From contig NC_068987.1 of assembly GCF_001194135.2 (NCBI RefSeq), forward strand, positions 70,545,139 through 70,577,334: 32,196 nt of DNA, in the 5' to 3' direction. Positions 1-12,459 of the stretch are shown here, piece after piece. The stretch comes from Octopus bimaculoides. Lineage: Eukaryota. Under the pieces are notes generated by a model that was given only the letters and a program-made list of their open reading frames with translations, did no database searches and was not told where the DNA came from. Made by a program: the position numbers and the translations under genes. The first letter of the stretch is position 1, and each line of letters opens with the position of its first letter.

Positions 1-33
<33 letters not shown>

Positions 34-361
34 CATGTGTATACACATACACATATATACACATATATGTGTTTACGCACGCGCGTCTCTATTTAAACCT
101 AGTGTGTACGCGCGTTTGCGTGTGTGTTTACGTGTGAGTACGTGTGTGTCAGTGAGGTTGTCTGGGCGGAAGTTGCCAATGAGACAGCCCAGTGAATGCT
201 GGGATATTTCTATAGTAGATCAGTGCGGTAATCTCTCATAAAACATTAAAGAGAATGGATGCTTCGGTAAAAAGAAAAAAAAGAAAAAAGAAAGAAAAAA
301 AAGCGAAAAAAATAACAGCTCTTCAAGACCGGCCCTGGAAAAATTAGTAATGCTTTTGAAG

Positions 362-362
362 A

Positions 363-430
<68 letters not shown>

Positions 431-1244
431 ATAGTAGTAGAGATGTTGATGAACTTGGTATTGCGGATCATTCTATTTGTGCATAGTAATACTAGTGGTT
501 TGACGGTTTTGATGGTGAATGAGTAGTCGAAACGGTAATGGAGGGTGGTGCTCCTTAACACCTAACTCTAACCTGGCTCAAACAGCCCTGTCTATGATCA
601 AAGGCATTCCGCCCCTGACCAACACGTGATGTTCCTATTATTAGCAAGGAATTTAGGAAGAATCATTCCTTAAAGTAGCAGGCTAAAAATACAAGATTAG
701 GTTGCTACGTGTAAGCATGCGCTTCGATTACGTGGAGGTCACCGCCCCACGTAGGATTGTATTGTCTGGTCAGTGCGGGTGATGTTTATGAATGTGATGG
801 TTAAGGTGATAGTATGTGTGGTAGTGGTAGTGTTGATAAAAGAGGGAGATTATATGATAGTAGTGTTGACTGTATAGGAAATCTGACGGATTCCTGTTGT
901 TTTTGCTGTTTGTGTTGTCTTTACTGTTGCTGCTCCTGCTCTTCTTCTTCTTCTTCTTCTTCTTCTTCTTCTTCTTCTTCTTCTTCTTCTTCTTCTTCTT
1001 CTTCTTCTTCTCCTGCCCCGTCTTTTCCTCCTCCTCTTCCGCCTCCTCCTTTTTTTTTCTCATGTTCATTTTGTTGACGTTGTTCCAACATGAATTTTGA
1101 TCAGGTAGTAATATGGTAACTGATCCTTTATTCAATTTTGTGGTCGAGCCAAACATGGCGACCGTTCCTAGCAAACGGAGTTACCCTTGTGAAGGATTGT
1201 CGTTGGTAGCACAGAATTGTGTATGTCGTAAAAGTGGTAGTAGT

Positions 1245-1315
<71 letters not shown>

Positions 1316-1326
1316 AAGCAGCAGCA
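362..1326. repeat. Cluster of trinucleotide repeats: (CAG)n(TAG)n 362-440, (CTT)x23 941-1009, (AGC)n(AGT)n 1238-1326
   Basis: Read directly from the sequence. Confidence 0.95.
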
Positions 1327-1689
1327 AAATTGGCGAATGTGGAGACAGGGTAGTAGAGGTGTTTGTGGTATTGGCTTGTCTGAATGTAATTTTTTTATAG
1401 CAAAGCATAATGCATGCAGTCGTGTGAGTGTGTGTATGTGTTTTGTATGTGCATGCGTGTGCGTGTGTGTACAGATTTGTGAAGATAATCGCGCATGCTT
1501 GTGCCCATTGAAATTGTACGAGTCTGATGATATTGGAAAGGGAGCTCTGACAGTAGCAATGGCGATAGTTGTTACTGAAGTGGTGGTGGTGGTTGTGGTG
1601 GTGATGACGGTCATCGTCATGATACTGGTAGTCTTTGTTGCGGTAAACGTGGCCTTAGCGGTGGCTGAACGCTAATAATCCTTTCTAGT

Positions 1690-1800
1690 TTAGGCACAAG
1701 GCCTGACATTTTGGGGGTGGGGCTAGTCGTTTAAATCTACTCCAGTGTGCAGTTGATACTTATTTTATCGACCCTGAAAAGATGAAGAGTTTACATTGAT
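1690..1800 (-). mobile_element. Family B repeat fragment
   Basis: ggcacaaggcctgacatttt...tacttattttatcgaccctgaaaagatgaa matches 18872-18970. Confidence 0.7.
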
Positions 1801-1864
1801 AAAAAATGTAGAAATATGGAAGCCAAAAAGAGTCGGGTTTTGCGCATGTGTTTGGGTCTCCACA

Positions 1865-2030
1865 ACCGCTTAACTACCGGTGTTAGAGTGTTCAGGTCTC
1901 CGCAAAATAGCGGTTCAGCAAAAGACACAGATATAATATGCACCGGGCTTAGAAAATGAGACTTAAGTAACATTAAGGCAGTACCCCAGGATGACCGCAG
2001 TCGAATGACTGAAACAAGTTAGGGATAAAA
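1865..2030 (+). mobile_element. SINE family A, diverged 3' half
   Basis: tagcggttcagcaaaagacacaga...gaccgcagtcgaatgactgaaacaag matches 7985-8110. Confidence 0.65.
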
Positions 2031-2504
2031 GATGTGTGTGTGTGTGTGTGCGTGTGTGTGTGTGTGTGTTGTGTGTGTGTATTAATAAATTGATAAAACA
2101 TTGAAGTTAGGAAAAAGGAAATGAAATACTGTTTATTCATAAAGAAAACTTATTGTCAACAAAATTAAAGTATGTTCAAATAGAATNNNNNNNNNNNNNN
2201 NNNNNNNNNNNNNNNNNNNNNNNNNNNNNNNNNNNNNNNNNNNNNNNNNNNNNNNNNNNNNNNNNNNNNNNNNNNNNNNNNNNNNNNNNNNNNNNNNNNN
2301 NNNNNNNNNNNNNNNNNNNNNNNNNNNNNNNNNNNNNNNNNNNNNNNNNNNNNNNNNNNNNNNNNNNNNNNNNNNNNNNNNNNNNNNNNNNNNNNNNNNN
2401 NNNNNNNNNNNNNNNNNNNNNNNNNNNNNNNNNNNNNNNNNNNNNNNNNNNNNNNNNNNNNNNNNNNNNNNNNNNNNNNNNNNNNNNNNNNNNNNNNNNN
2501 NNNN

Positions 2505-2536
<32 letters not shown>

Positions 2537-2944
2537 GATAATGATATATATATGTGCATGTGTGTGTGTAGAGAGAGAAAGAGAGAGAGAGAGTGAGAGA
2601 GAGAGTGAGAGAGAGAAAGAGAGGGAGAAAGAGAGAGAGAAAGAGAGAGAGAAAGAAAGGGAGAGAAGAGAGAGACGGAGAAAAACAGACATATAGATAG
2701 ATAAATATTTATACTTATACACATATACATACATCTTATATATAAATGGCAATCTCTGTCTGTCTGTCTGTTACCATCTTGGTACATAAACCAGCGAACC
2801 AATCTTCACCAAGCTTTTCATACTTGTTGATCTAACATTCAGTTCAATTATACGCTAATAAGATTTTAATACAAATCGATAATGATCCACCTATGTGGGT
2901 TGGGCTATTATATTGTAAAATGAGAAGTGTGAAAAAACTGTTAG

Positions 2945-3200
2945 GTTGAGAGAAATGTGGTGTCATAATGAGGCTGGCTGATATCAGGGAAGGAGAGGAG
3001 ATAGGAATAAACAGAGCCACAGTGAACTGAAACAACAATACTATAGATAATGTCTTTCATTGCCTTCCATAGATGAATAGTCCGTTGAGGAAATGTGGTG
3101 GTATAATGAGAGTACCTGATATCAAGGAAGGAGAGGACACAGGAAGAGACAGAGAACCTGGGAATGTAAGAGACAGTCAGAGACAACGGGAGACAGGTAA
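2945..3200 (-). mobile_element. CR1/L2-like LINE 3' end relic, partly duplicated
   Basis: Minus ORF reads LDIRYSHYTTTFPQRTIHLWKAM, resembling the C-terminal FFPRT..LWN motif of CR1/L2 ORF2. A roughly 60-bp direct repeat lies at 2945-3006 and 3084-3144. Confidence 0.4.
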
Positions 3201-3892
3201 AGAGCACGCGCGCGAGAGTGAGTATGTGTGTTTATGAAGAGAAGAGCAAATTTTAATACGTTGTTCTTTCATTTTTACGTATCACGTAACACTTACGCTT
3301 AAGTGAATTAATTATCGAATGCTCAGTAAAAACTTTTACAAAATGTCCCACAACAGTTGTCAAACTAACAAGTGAAAAGTAAAGAAGTTTTGTATTTGCC
3401 TTCAGATCACCATATTAAGATTTATTAAAACCTTACCAAGGTACTGAAACCATAACACTAGATGTGATGTCTTACATGTTCTTCCATAAATGAACAGCCC
3501 GTCGTTCTCGGGTAATTTTTACAATAGAATAATGTCTTTTATAAATTTTGGTTCATTCCATGTCAAACCATGCCTACTCCGACAGATAGGCCTCTTGATC
3601 AGGACATATTTTTGCAATTTTTCGCAAAAAATTTCCTTGACGATCTTTATATTTTTTTAATTATTTACATGTTTGTTCGACCGTTTCCTAAGACTTTATT
3701 CATTAAAACCTATTAAAACTTCAGAAGTTCTTACAACTTTGGTCGTCGTAATGCTTTACTTTCCTTTGTTTAATAATAATTCCTCATCTGAATGATTTTG
3801 TTTTCATTTTGTGATAGAAAATTCCAACTTCCAAATCATGTTTTCTGATTAGGTAAAATTGATTAAACTTTAAACCCCCGAAGATTGAAGAG

Positions 3893-4209
3893 AAAGTTCC
3901 GAGGATGGGTTAGTTACTTCCTGGAAAATTCCGAGGACTTCCTGGAAAATTCAGTAAGTTTAAGGGAAAGTTTCGAAGATTTCAAGAAAAGTTCCGAGGA
4001 TGGGATAGATACTTACTGGGAAATTCCAGAGACTTCATGGAAAGTTCCGAGGAAGGGACATGCACTTCCTGGAAAGTTCCGAAGATTTCATACAAAGTTC
4101 TGAGGGTATCGTGGAAACTTCCGAATATTTCGTGCAAAACTCCGGTGATTTCATGAAAAGTTCCGATGATGTAATGGAAAGTTCCGAGGGTGGGGTACGT
4201 ACTTCCTGG
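3893..4209. repeat. Degenerate minisatellite, 21-bp units mixed with longer (about 32-bp) units
   Basis: Consecutive 21-mers aaagttccgaagatttcatac / aaagttctgagggtatcgtgg / aaacttccgaatatttcgtgc / aaaactccggtgatttcatga / aaagttccgatgatgtaatgg; the longer unit aaagttccgaggatggg...acttcctgg recurs about four times. Confidence 0.88.
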
Positions 4210-4690
4210 CGCTTTGAAGTATGCCCGATGCTCTTTCTGCGAAACACCAATGATCCTTTTCCTTGACAGAATAGTCACTTGTGACGAAAAGTGGTCTCAT
4301 TAAGCGATGAGGTTAAAGGCTTAATCGTGATGAGTCCCATTATCATTTCCCAAGGCCAAATTTGCATCTGCAAAAGATTATGATGACTGTCTGGTGGTCT
4401 GTAACTGGTGTTGTCCATTACAGCCTTCTGAAAGTCAATCAGAGCATTACAGCAGAGGTTAACTGCAATTAATTAACTCGATGAAATGCATGCTCACTTG
4501 CAAAAAATGAGAACTGCTTTAGTGAATCTTGCCACATGTGGCTTTGCATTATCGTGGCCCAAATCTACTCCACGATAATGCAAAGCCACATGTGTCAAGA
4601 ATGTCGCTGCAGAAACTCACAAACTTGGGATACGAGACTTTACCACAACCTCCATATTCTCCTGATCTTTCACCCACTGACTAACATTTT
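4209..4690 (+). pseudogene. mariner (DD34D) transposase fragment, catalytic domain
   Basis: Manual translation across frameshifts: RFEVCPMLFLRNTNDPF-LDRIVTCDEKW ... HFPRPNLHLQKIMMTVWWSVTGVVHYSLL ... LLHDNAKPHVSRMSLQKLTNLGYETLPQPPYSPDLSPTD*HF. The TCDEKW, HDNA and YSPDLSPTD mariner motifs are present; 34 residues lie between D (4574) and D (4679). No TIRs seen. Confidence 0.92.
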
Positions 4691-7611
4691 AACAGAACTA
4701 TAGAGGGAATTGTAAGTTAATAAAGTTCTTAAGTAGCATATTAGAACAAACGACAAATTTTGTTTTATCATACAAAATAGTATGGAATTGAGAGAAACTG
4801 AAAAATATCATCGCTTGTAATAACATTGTGTTTACAAGATAACATCAGTAATCAAAAGAAAATTAAAAGTTAACACTAGACTAGTACTTATTGAGTTATA
4901 TCTATTTTATGTATGGATATTAATTTTATATATGTAACTGTAATTGACTAAATTATAGTAATGATCATATAATCCATAAAATAATGATAAAACTGGCATA
5001 ATTGTATAAGTCAATAACAATAATATTAATATGAACTGGTAGATGAAATTATCTGAAGGAAGTGAGTCTGGAAGTCACAAAGCTAAATTTTGTACACTTG
5101 TAAAGATAAGAGTGTCATTATGTTACGAAGCTAATGCTCTCTTCTAAGTTCACTATATTAAATTAAATATTAACAGGTATTGACAAAAACTGATTGTATT
5201 ATAGATAAATACATAGCATAAAATGTAGGAGAAAAACTAATAATCGTCTCTAATGTTTAAGTGACAGGAAATTAAACTGACTTGAGGCTGAAAGAGTTGC
5301 AGTTCGGAGTAATAGATCCTTACGGTGCATGAAAAACAAATTTGAGTCAAATATAACATTCTGCTTGTTTGTTGTACTCTGAGGAAACTATATTAATTAT
5401 CAACTATTTTTCCCTTTAGGTTGTGATTATTTAAATAAAGACGTAGTACATCTTGCATTAAAAAAATGCAAGACGTACTACGATGAAAAAGAAAACAACA
5501 TAATAGAAGTATAAGTTTTCAATGCAGGACGAAAGACGTCAGAGATGACCATTATAATAACCAAGTTTAAACATATAAAGTAAGAATAGAATCACCATGG
5601 AATGGAAAATATTCCTATATCGTTCAATGACGATAATGTTCGGACAAAATTAGGAATCGAAATAAATATTTTATGATCTTTTATGCATAATGCCTTTTGC
5701 TATCGACTCACCAGACGTCGATAAAAATGAAGTACCAGTCAAGTACTGTCGTCCATTTAATTGTTTAGCCTCTTTCTGTGAAAAGGCTCTTGAACCTTAG
5801 TTAGAAGCCATTATTGTTGTTATTAATGATGGCGTTCTTTTGCTGAATCGTTACAACATCGGACAAATTCCTTCAAGGTAACTTTCTCTAATTTTCATCT
5901 ATAAGGTTACAATAGTAACAGTCAAGTACAAAGGCCGATTTCACCGAGTAACCCCTTCTCCTAAAGCTTTAGAGCTTTTTCCTATGTTAGAGTCATTAGA
6001 ACGTCGAAATGTCTTGAGGTGTTTCTTCCGGATCTTTATGATCGGTGTTCAATATCTACCGAGGCGAAATTTACCTTTTCATACAATGGGGGGCGGCTAA
6101 AATGAAATCATAATCTTCAGATTAACCAACAAGTTCGTTTTTAAAAATAGAGTGTAATAGGAGAAAGATTTATGTACTCTTTCTAGTAGGTAGTAAATCT
6201 GTTTCTAGTAGGTAGTAAATCGATGGAACTGTCACCATTATATTCTGGAGAAAGGGGACTCTAACTCACTGTCTTTGATTTGCTGTTTCTTGTGTTATAA
6301 AAAATTTTGTTATCATTTTTGTTGGGAGATGTTTTTACAGTTGTTTTTACAGTCTTGATGGGGGAGACTCGCCGAGACTATCCCACCATTTTACAGGTAT
6401 CTAAATTTATATTATTCAATGTATACATTATTTTGAGATAGTGGGACGTGAAAACAATTAGTTGCTATTTCTAGCAGACCTAGTGTTATTTTGTTTCCGA
6501 TTGATTTATGCGCAAGACAGATTATATTTGAAACTGCTTTACTCATAATTCCCAGCTAATAATTTCCAAGATACATTACTCTGGAGTCACATGATGGGTC
6601 CCGGGTTCTGTGGATTCTCGAGCCTTTCAAATTCAGATGTCAATCGCATCGTGGACACTTTTCATTAAGACTCAGTTTCTGTTTCATTGTCTCGAGATTT
6701 TTTTCTTTTTCACAGATCCTTAGAACAAACCCCACATTCATCAGTATCTGTTCATGTCATACATATGAAATTAGAAATATAAATACATTTGTTAACATTT
6801 ACATATTTTTGTACATATATGTATTTTCACATAGATACAATCATCAGTTGCCTCATACATTCATCCATCTACCCATCTCCTTAAAATGACCCTTGTCTAA
6901 TTCACTGGCCAAAAATCAAGTTATTCATCAATTTAATCGGTCTATCTAGCCAACAACTGTATATTTTCCATCCTTTAAACGTTATTTTCTATTCAAACAT
7001 GCATACGACAAACTTTTCAAATATTGTCACTGAATTACTTATCGACCTTCAAATTATTCATGCAACAGTTTTTCAATAGATACTTCCATTTTTCCATCAC
7101 CCGGTCAACATTTGTATCTTAACATGCATATCTAAAATTCAATACGACTATGTGCGCTTGAAACCACCTACGCAATCTACCCGTTAACTGAAGCGTTCTT
7201 TTATCAAGCCTACACAGCTACGCAGGCAACAAACTAACTGGAGAGAGATTCACATTTGACAGGTGTACACATATTCAAACATGCCAGGTTATCCAGTTAT
7301 GAGATCATTTGCAATAATTCATAAATCTACAAATCAAATTGTAAAACAGTCTTTCCAGCTAAGCAGTATTAGCACACTCAGCAGTATGCCAATATGCCCT
7401 ACCGTTCTATCCTGGAGAGCTACATTTACTCCTAACTGAACTATCAATCCACTTACTCGTTAGACTTATATAATTCCTTGCAGTCAACTTACAACATATT
7501 TCTCTATACTCGTGTAAATATCAAACTGCTCAAACGTGCATTGATACCATCATGCAAGTATAACCATACACGCTCCATTAACTCTATATTTTTGTCAATA
7601 CTTTCATCCAC

Positions 7612-7673
<62 letters not shown>

Positions 7674-7726
7674 CGTTGTACGTCTCTTTCTCGCTCTTTC
7701 TAGATATATATTATATAATGTAGGAA

Positions 7727-7760
<34 letters not shown>

Positions 7761-7959
7761 CGTTTTTGGATTTGGTGTGCAAGATTTTTATGTGATTTCG
7801 TGTGTTGAAGCATATTCTGTTGCGTTTGGGGAGAGTCATTTTCTTATTGTGCCTTAAAATTTAACACACTCACCGTTAAAATTTCCACTTCTTTCTTTTT
7901 TTTTTTTTCCTAAAATTTTCGTTGCGTCTTGCATTGTCCTGTAAACCCTGATGATTTTT

Positions 7960-8118
7960 GCTGGTTTGTTTACGTCCCTGTAACCAGCGGTTCGGCAAAA
8001 GAGACCGATAAAATAAGTACTAGGCTTACAAAGAATAAGTCCTGGGGTCGATTTGCTCGATTAAAAAGGCGGTGCTCTAGCATGGCCGCATGAAATGACT
8101 GAAACAAATAAAAGAATA
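7960..8118 (+). mobile_element. SINE family A, 3' half
   Basis: gtttacgtccc...agcggttcggcaaaagagaccgataaaataagtactaggcttacaaagaataagtcctggggtcgatttgctcga...catggccgca...gactgaaacaa, homologous to the copy at 20740-21105. Confidence 0.8.
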
Positions 8119-9399
8119 GATGTTATTGATTTGGTTATGCTATGGCGTTCAATTATTTTATTAGTTTTGAGACTTCGTATACAAACACGGTCAGATTCCT
8201 TCTAAGGCTTTAATAAGTGTACTTTTTGGAGACTAGTGTCATATGTTTCCGGTGAACATAGGTTATACAATTGCATTATTAGCACAATATGATTAAACAG
8301 AATTAACGGTGGTCTGTTTTAATGTATTTTTCAATTCCCTACATCTACGCAGTTAAGAGACGAGTTTAATTTTGTTTCTAGAGAGAAAGTTATGTATATG
8401 TTACTTACAGAGGATTATAAAATGATTTGATACCAATAAATATTTAAATATATTTAAAGGTAAACTAAAACTCACACTGTACTCCACCTGCGATTTTGAC
8501 GAAAGTTGAAATTTAACACCAAACTTCCAGGCATGTCAAACAAGAATGGGAAAACAGACTTATAAAACAAAAATATCTGATGATGAAATTTAATCTGAAA
8601 TTGCTTTCAAAAACACATTAATATCTTATCCTGCAACAGATCTCTAGGTTTTCACTTACTTTTTAGTAAATCGAGTCTCATTCGATTTCTCATATTTACG
8701 TTTCTTTAGAATTATGTCACGAAATTACGTTATGCTGATTTATCTATCTATCAATGTGTTTATCTCCTAACTTACTTTCCCAATCTACTTTCATAGTGTA
8801 TGACATAATCCAATTCCGAACTTAGTGATTTTTCGCTTCTACTCGCTACAAGCCGTAACCTATTTGCCAATCTCTCACACTATCAACAACATATATACAA
8901 ACTTATCTATTTATCGATCTATATATGTTGTTATTTGAATCCCGGTCTTTATGTCTATCGCTATACTTGTCTAGTGAGCTACCTAGATATACACCTGTCT
9001 ATTTATGTTACTACTTCAAGCCTATAAAACAGATTATATATAAAACATCCTTTGGACACGCCTTGCAATAAATATCCCCCGATTTTTCATTAGTATTGTG
9101 TAATATTTAGATATCTGTTCTCTTGAAAATCGTGACTTTTCTCACTCTTCTAATTTTACCGATGTTTTGTATTGTAATTGATTTTTCTCTGACGTGTATT
9201 CTTTCCTTGAGCTCGCACATTTTCTCTGTTTTTCGCTTCTTTTCTTCATGCATTCACTCCATGTAACCGCTTTTCACACCCACACACTTGAAGACATTTC
9301 TGACATACTCCTCATTCGTCGTGCATTTCATTTTGCCTTATTCTCGAACCCGATCGCACTGCCTCACAACCACACTTTCCCCACGCACATTTAACGATT

Positions 9400-9440
<41 letters not shown>

Positions 9441-11187
9441 ACTAACATCTCACATTCTCACTAACCTACGCCCATATACACCCGTACTTGCACTGAGCTG
9501 CATACCATACTGAGCTGCACACAACCCTAAAAGACAAAATGCTGCTACCTATATGACTATATCTAAACACAAGTACAGTCCTATACCTGATGTACATACC
9601 CAATTCTAATTCTGTTCATTACGCCCTTTTAGAACCACATTCTGCTCACTCCAAACCGACCGCATGTTTTTTACTCACACCGGCTCTTACTTTTCCTTAC
9701 TGCCCGTGTAATATTCTATTTCTTCTGATAAAAGACTAACGCCCAAAACTTTAGGGCGTATTTCCCCTTACATTTACTCGTTATGCTAATGCAATATTTC
9801 TTAACCCCTGTCCTTCGGTGTTGACTTTTCTCCCGTTATAATTCATTGCATTAACTATTACATCATTAAAAACTAATCCGATCATAAAACATCTATTGAT
9901 ACCTAGAGTATTTTGACATTATATCCTTATCTCGGCATTTTATTATGTTAATTTCTAATGTTGTCGCAAGCCCTGTATATTTGCGATGAACAAATACGCG
10001 TAAAATAATTCTGTTGCCTCAAATACAGTAAAACGTTATGTATGTATGTATGTATGTATGTATCTATCTATCTACCTATTGATCGATCGGTCTATCTATA
10101 TGTGTGTGTATGCGTGTATATATATATAATGAGAAAGAGAGTATTAGAGACGNNNNNNNNNNNNNNNNNNNNNNNNNNNNNNNNNNNNNNNNNNNNNNNN
10201 NNNNNNNNNNNNNNNNNNNNNNNNNNNNNNNNNNNNNNNNNNNNNNNNNNNNNNNNNNNNNNNNNNNNNNNNNNNNNNNNNNNNNNNNNNNNNNNNNNNN
10301 NNNNNNNNNNNNNNNNNNNNNNNNNNNNNNNNNNNNNNNNNNNNNNNNNNNNNNNNNNNNNNNNNNNNNNNNNNNNNNNNNNNNNNNNNNNNNNNNNNNN
10401 NNNNNNNNNNNNNNNNNNNNNNNNNNNNNNNNNNNNNNNNNNNNNNNNNNNNNNNNNNNNNNNNNNNNNNNNNNNNNNNNNNNNNNNNNNNNNNNNNNNN
10501 NNNNNNNNNNNNNNNNNNNNNNNNNNNNNNNNNNNNNNNNNNNNNNNNNNNNNNNNNNNNNNNNNNNNNNNNNNNNNNNNNNNNNNNNNNNNNNNNNNNN
10601 NNNNNNNNNNNNNNNNNNNNNTATGAGTGAATGTATGTATGTATGTATGTATGTATGTATGTATCTATGTATGTATGCACCTATGCATGTATGTATGTCT
10701 GCGCACGCGCTGGTTGAACGTATATGTATATCTAAGTACGCTGAAAGAAAATAGGAATTGATAGGCTGGTACATTAACCACAGAGTATAACAGTAATCAG
10801 ACAAAGAATGACGAGTTATGTGACTTCATTTGCTGACATGTTTGGTAATGCTTGCGTAACCGTACATCCAACATGCAATCGTTTGTGCACATATCGATCA
10901 ATTAAATAATCTATTAATCAATTAAATACTGGAATAGGCATCTCGTGAACTTTTCTCGTTAGAGCTGAATGTCGGTTCTGTTACGTTTTCCAAACACTGC
11001 TAAGCTCGGTTCTTTAGGCTGAGGGAGTAGACAATGTACATGTTAGGCTTTTATGTCTGGACTCTGCTTATCTGTCTGTCTATCTGTCACCATGTTTATA
11101 TATGTGTGTATCTAAGCCGATGTTGATAAGCTGGTCGGAATTTCGAAGCCACTCTCAAAACAATTTCTTATTAAAGATCATATAACT

Positions 11188-11595
11188 CAGTTGTATACTG
11201 TCAACTTAATGTGACAGTCCCAATAAGGGAATCATACTGCTGCTATGTAGCCCTAGGAAGCTGGACCGCTTCCTGTTGGCCTTGACACATTTCCTGTGTC
11301 CTTATATTTGCGAGGGGTAGACAAGCACCCCCACCCGGCCTAGTCTACATTCAGGGACATGTTTCTGAGTCATTTCTCGTCATCAGCCTGAAATAGCAAC
11401 ACCAACTGGCTGAAGATGCTTGAAGATGCTTGAAGATGCTTGAATATGCTTGGGGTGCTTGTTTCACCCTCGCAAATATAAGAACACAGGAAATGTGTCA
11501 AGGCCGACAGGAAGCGGTCCAGCTTCCTAGGGCTAAATAGCAGCAGTATGATTTCCTTATTGGGACTGTCACATTAAGTTGACAGTATACAACTG
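11188..11595. mobile_element. Fold-back / MITE-like element with 144-bp inverted arms
   Basis: 11188-11331 is the reverse complement of 11452-11595 at about 95% identity with no net indel; ends are CAGTTG...CAACTG. The 120-bp spacer contains four copies of tgaagatgct (last one tgaatatgct). Confidence 0.8.
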
Positions 11596-11845
11596 CTTTA
11601 TCGTAAAGCTGCTGCTTAATTCTCTCTGTGAGATTTATAATTAGATTATTTCTAATCATATAACTGTATCGTAAGAAGCTTGATTCTAGCCACATGATCC
11701 TATGTTCAGTTCCATTGTGTTGTACCTCGAGCAAGTCTTCTATTACAGCTACAAGCCACTCAAAGCCTTGTAAGTTTATTTGGTAGACGGAAACTGAAAG
11801 AAGGCCATCGCATAATAAGTACACGTACATACATACACACGTATA

Positions 11846-12160
11846 GAGCTCAGTGGTCAGAGCGTTGGGCTCACAATCATGAGGCACGGAATTCGATTCC
11901 CTGTGTTGTGTTCTTGAGCAAGGTACTTTATTTCACATTGCTCTAGTTCACTCAGCTGTAGAAATGAATTGCGACGTCATTGGTGCCGTATTGTCCTTTC
12001 ACTTTCCCTTCGATAAACATCGGTGGCGTGAAGAGGAGAAACTGTTATGCATGGGCGACTGCTGGTCTTCCATACACAACCTTGCCCGGACTTGTGCTTC
12101 ACAGAGTGACATTCTAAGTGCAATCCCATGGTCATTCATGACTAAAGGGCTTCTTTTTAC
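11846..12160 (+). mobile_element. tRNA-derived CORE-type SINE
   Basis: A-box-like head agctcagtggtcagagcg, B-box-like gaattcgattccc, then ttgagcaagg...cagttcactcagctgtagaaatg, which aligns to the CORE domain pattern. Confidence 0.8.
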
Positions 12161-12359
12161 TTTATACACATACATACATAAATACATACATACACACAAC
12201 GAACATATATGTATGAGAGTGTAATATGTGTAGGGGTGTGTATGTAGGTGTATGCCAGTGCGAATTGTGTGAATGTGCATGACGGTGCGCGTATGCGAGA
12301 ATTGTTTCTGTGAGTGTGTTTAATTGTATATGTGCTTGCATGTACGTGTATAACTACGG

Positions 12360-12390
<31 letters not shown>

Positions 12391-12420
12391 TGTATGTATG
12401 CATGCATGCATGCATGCATG

Positions 12421-12459
<39 letters not shown>

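Noticed and set aside
3420-3880. Stop-riddled minus-strand frame, possibly an old retroelement ORF
   Set aside because: No diagnostic motif I can name; needs an HMM search.
3893-4209. 21-bp array as a CRISPR array
   Set aside because: No identical repeats separated by unique spacers, no cas genes, eukaryotic context.
5400-6110. Partly open plus-strand frames, possibly LINE ORF1-like or an exon after the acceptor at 5419
   Set aside because: Multiple stops, no good donor, no recognisable motif.
6900-7460. Possible CR1/L2 RT relic (HTQQYAN...)
   Set aside because: Resemblance too faint to support.
9130-9330. Possible GIY-YIG relic on the minus strand (NVFKCVG...)
   Set aside because: Needs several frameshifts and motif order is unconvincing.
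11846-11910. SINE heads as tRNA genes
   Set aside because: A/B boxes run into a CORE-like body; no acceptor stem or complete cloverleaf.
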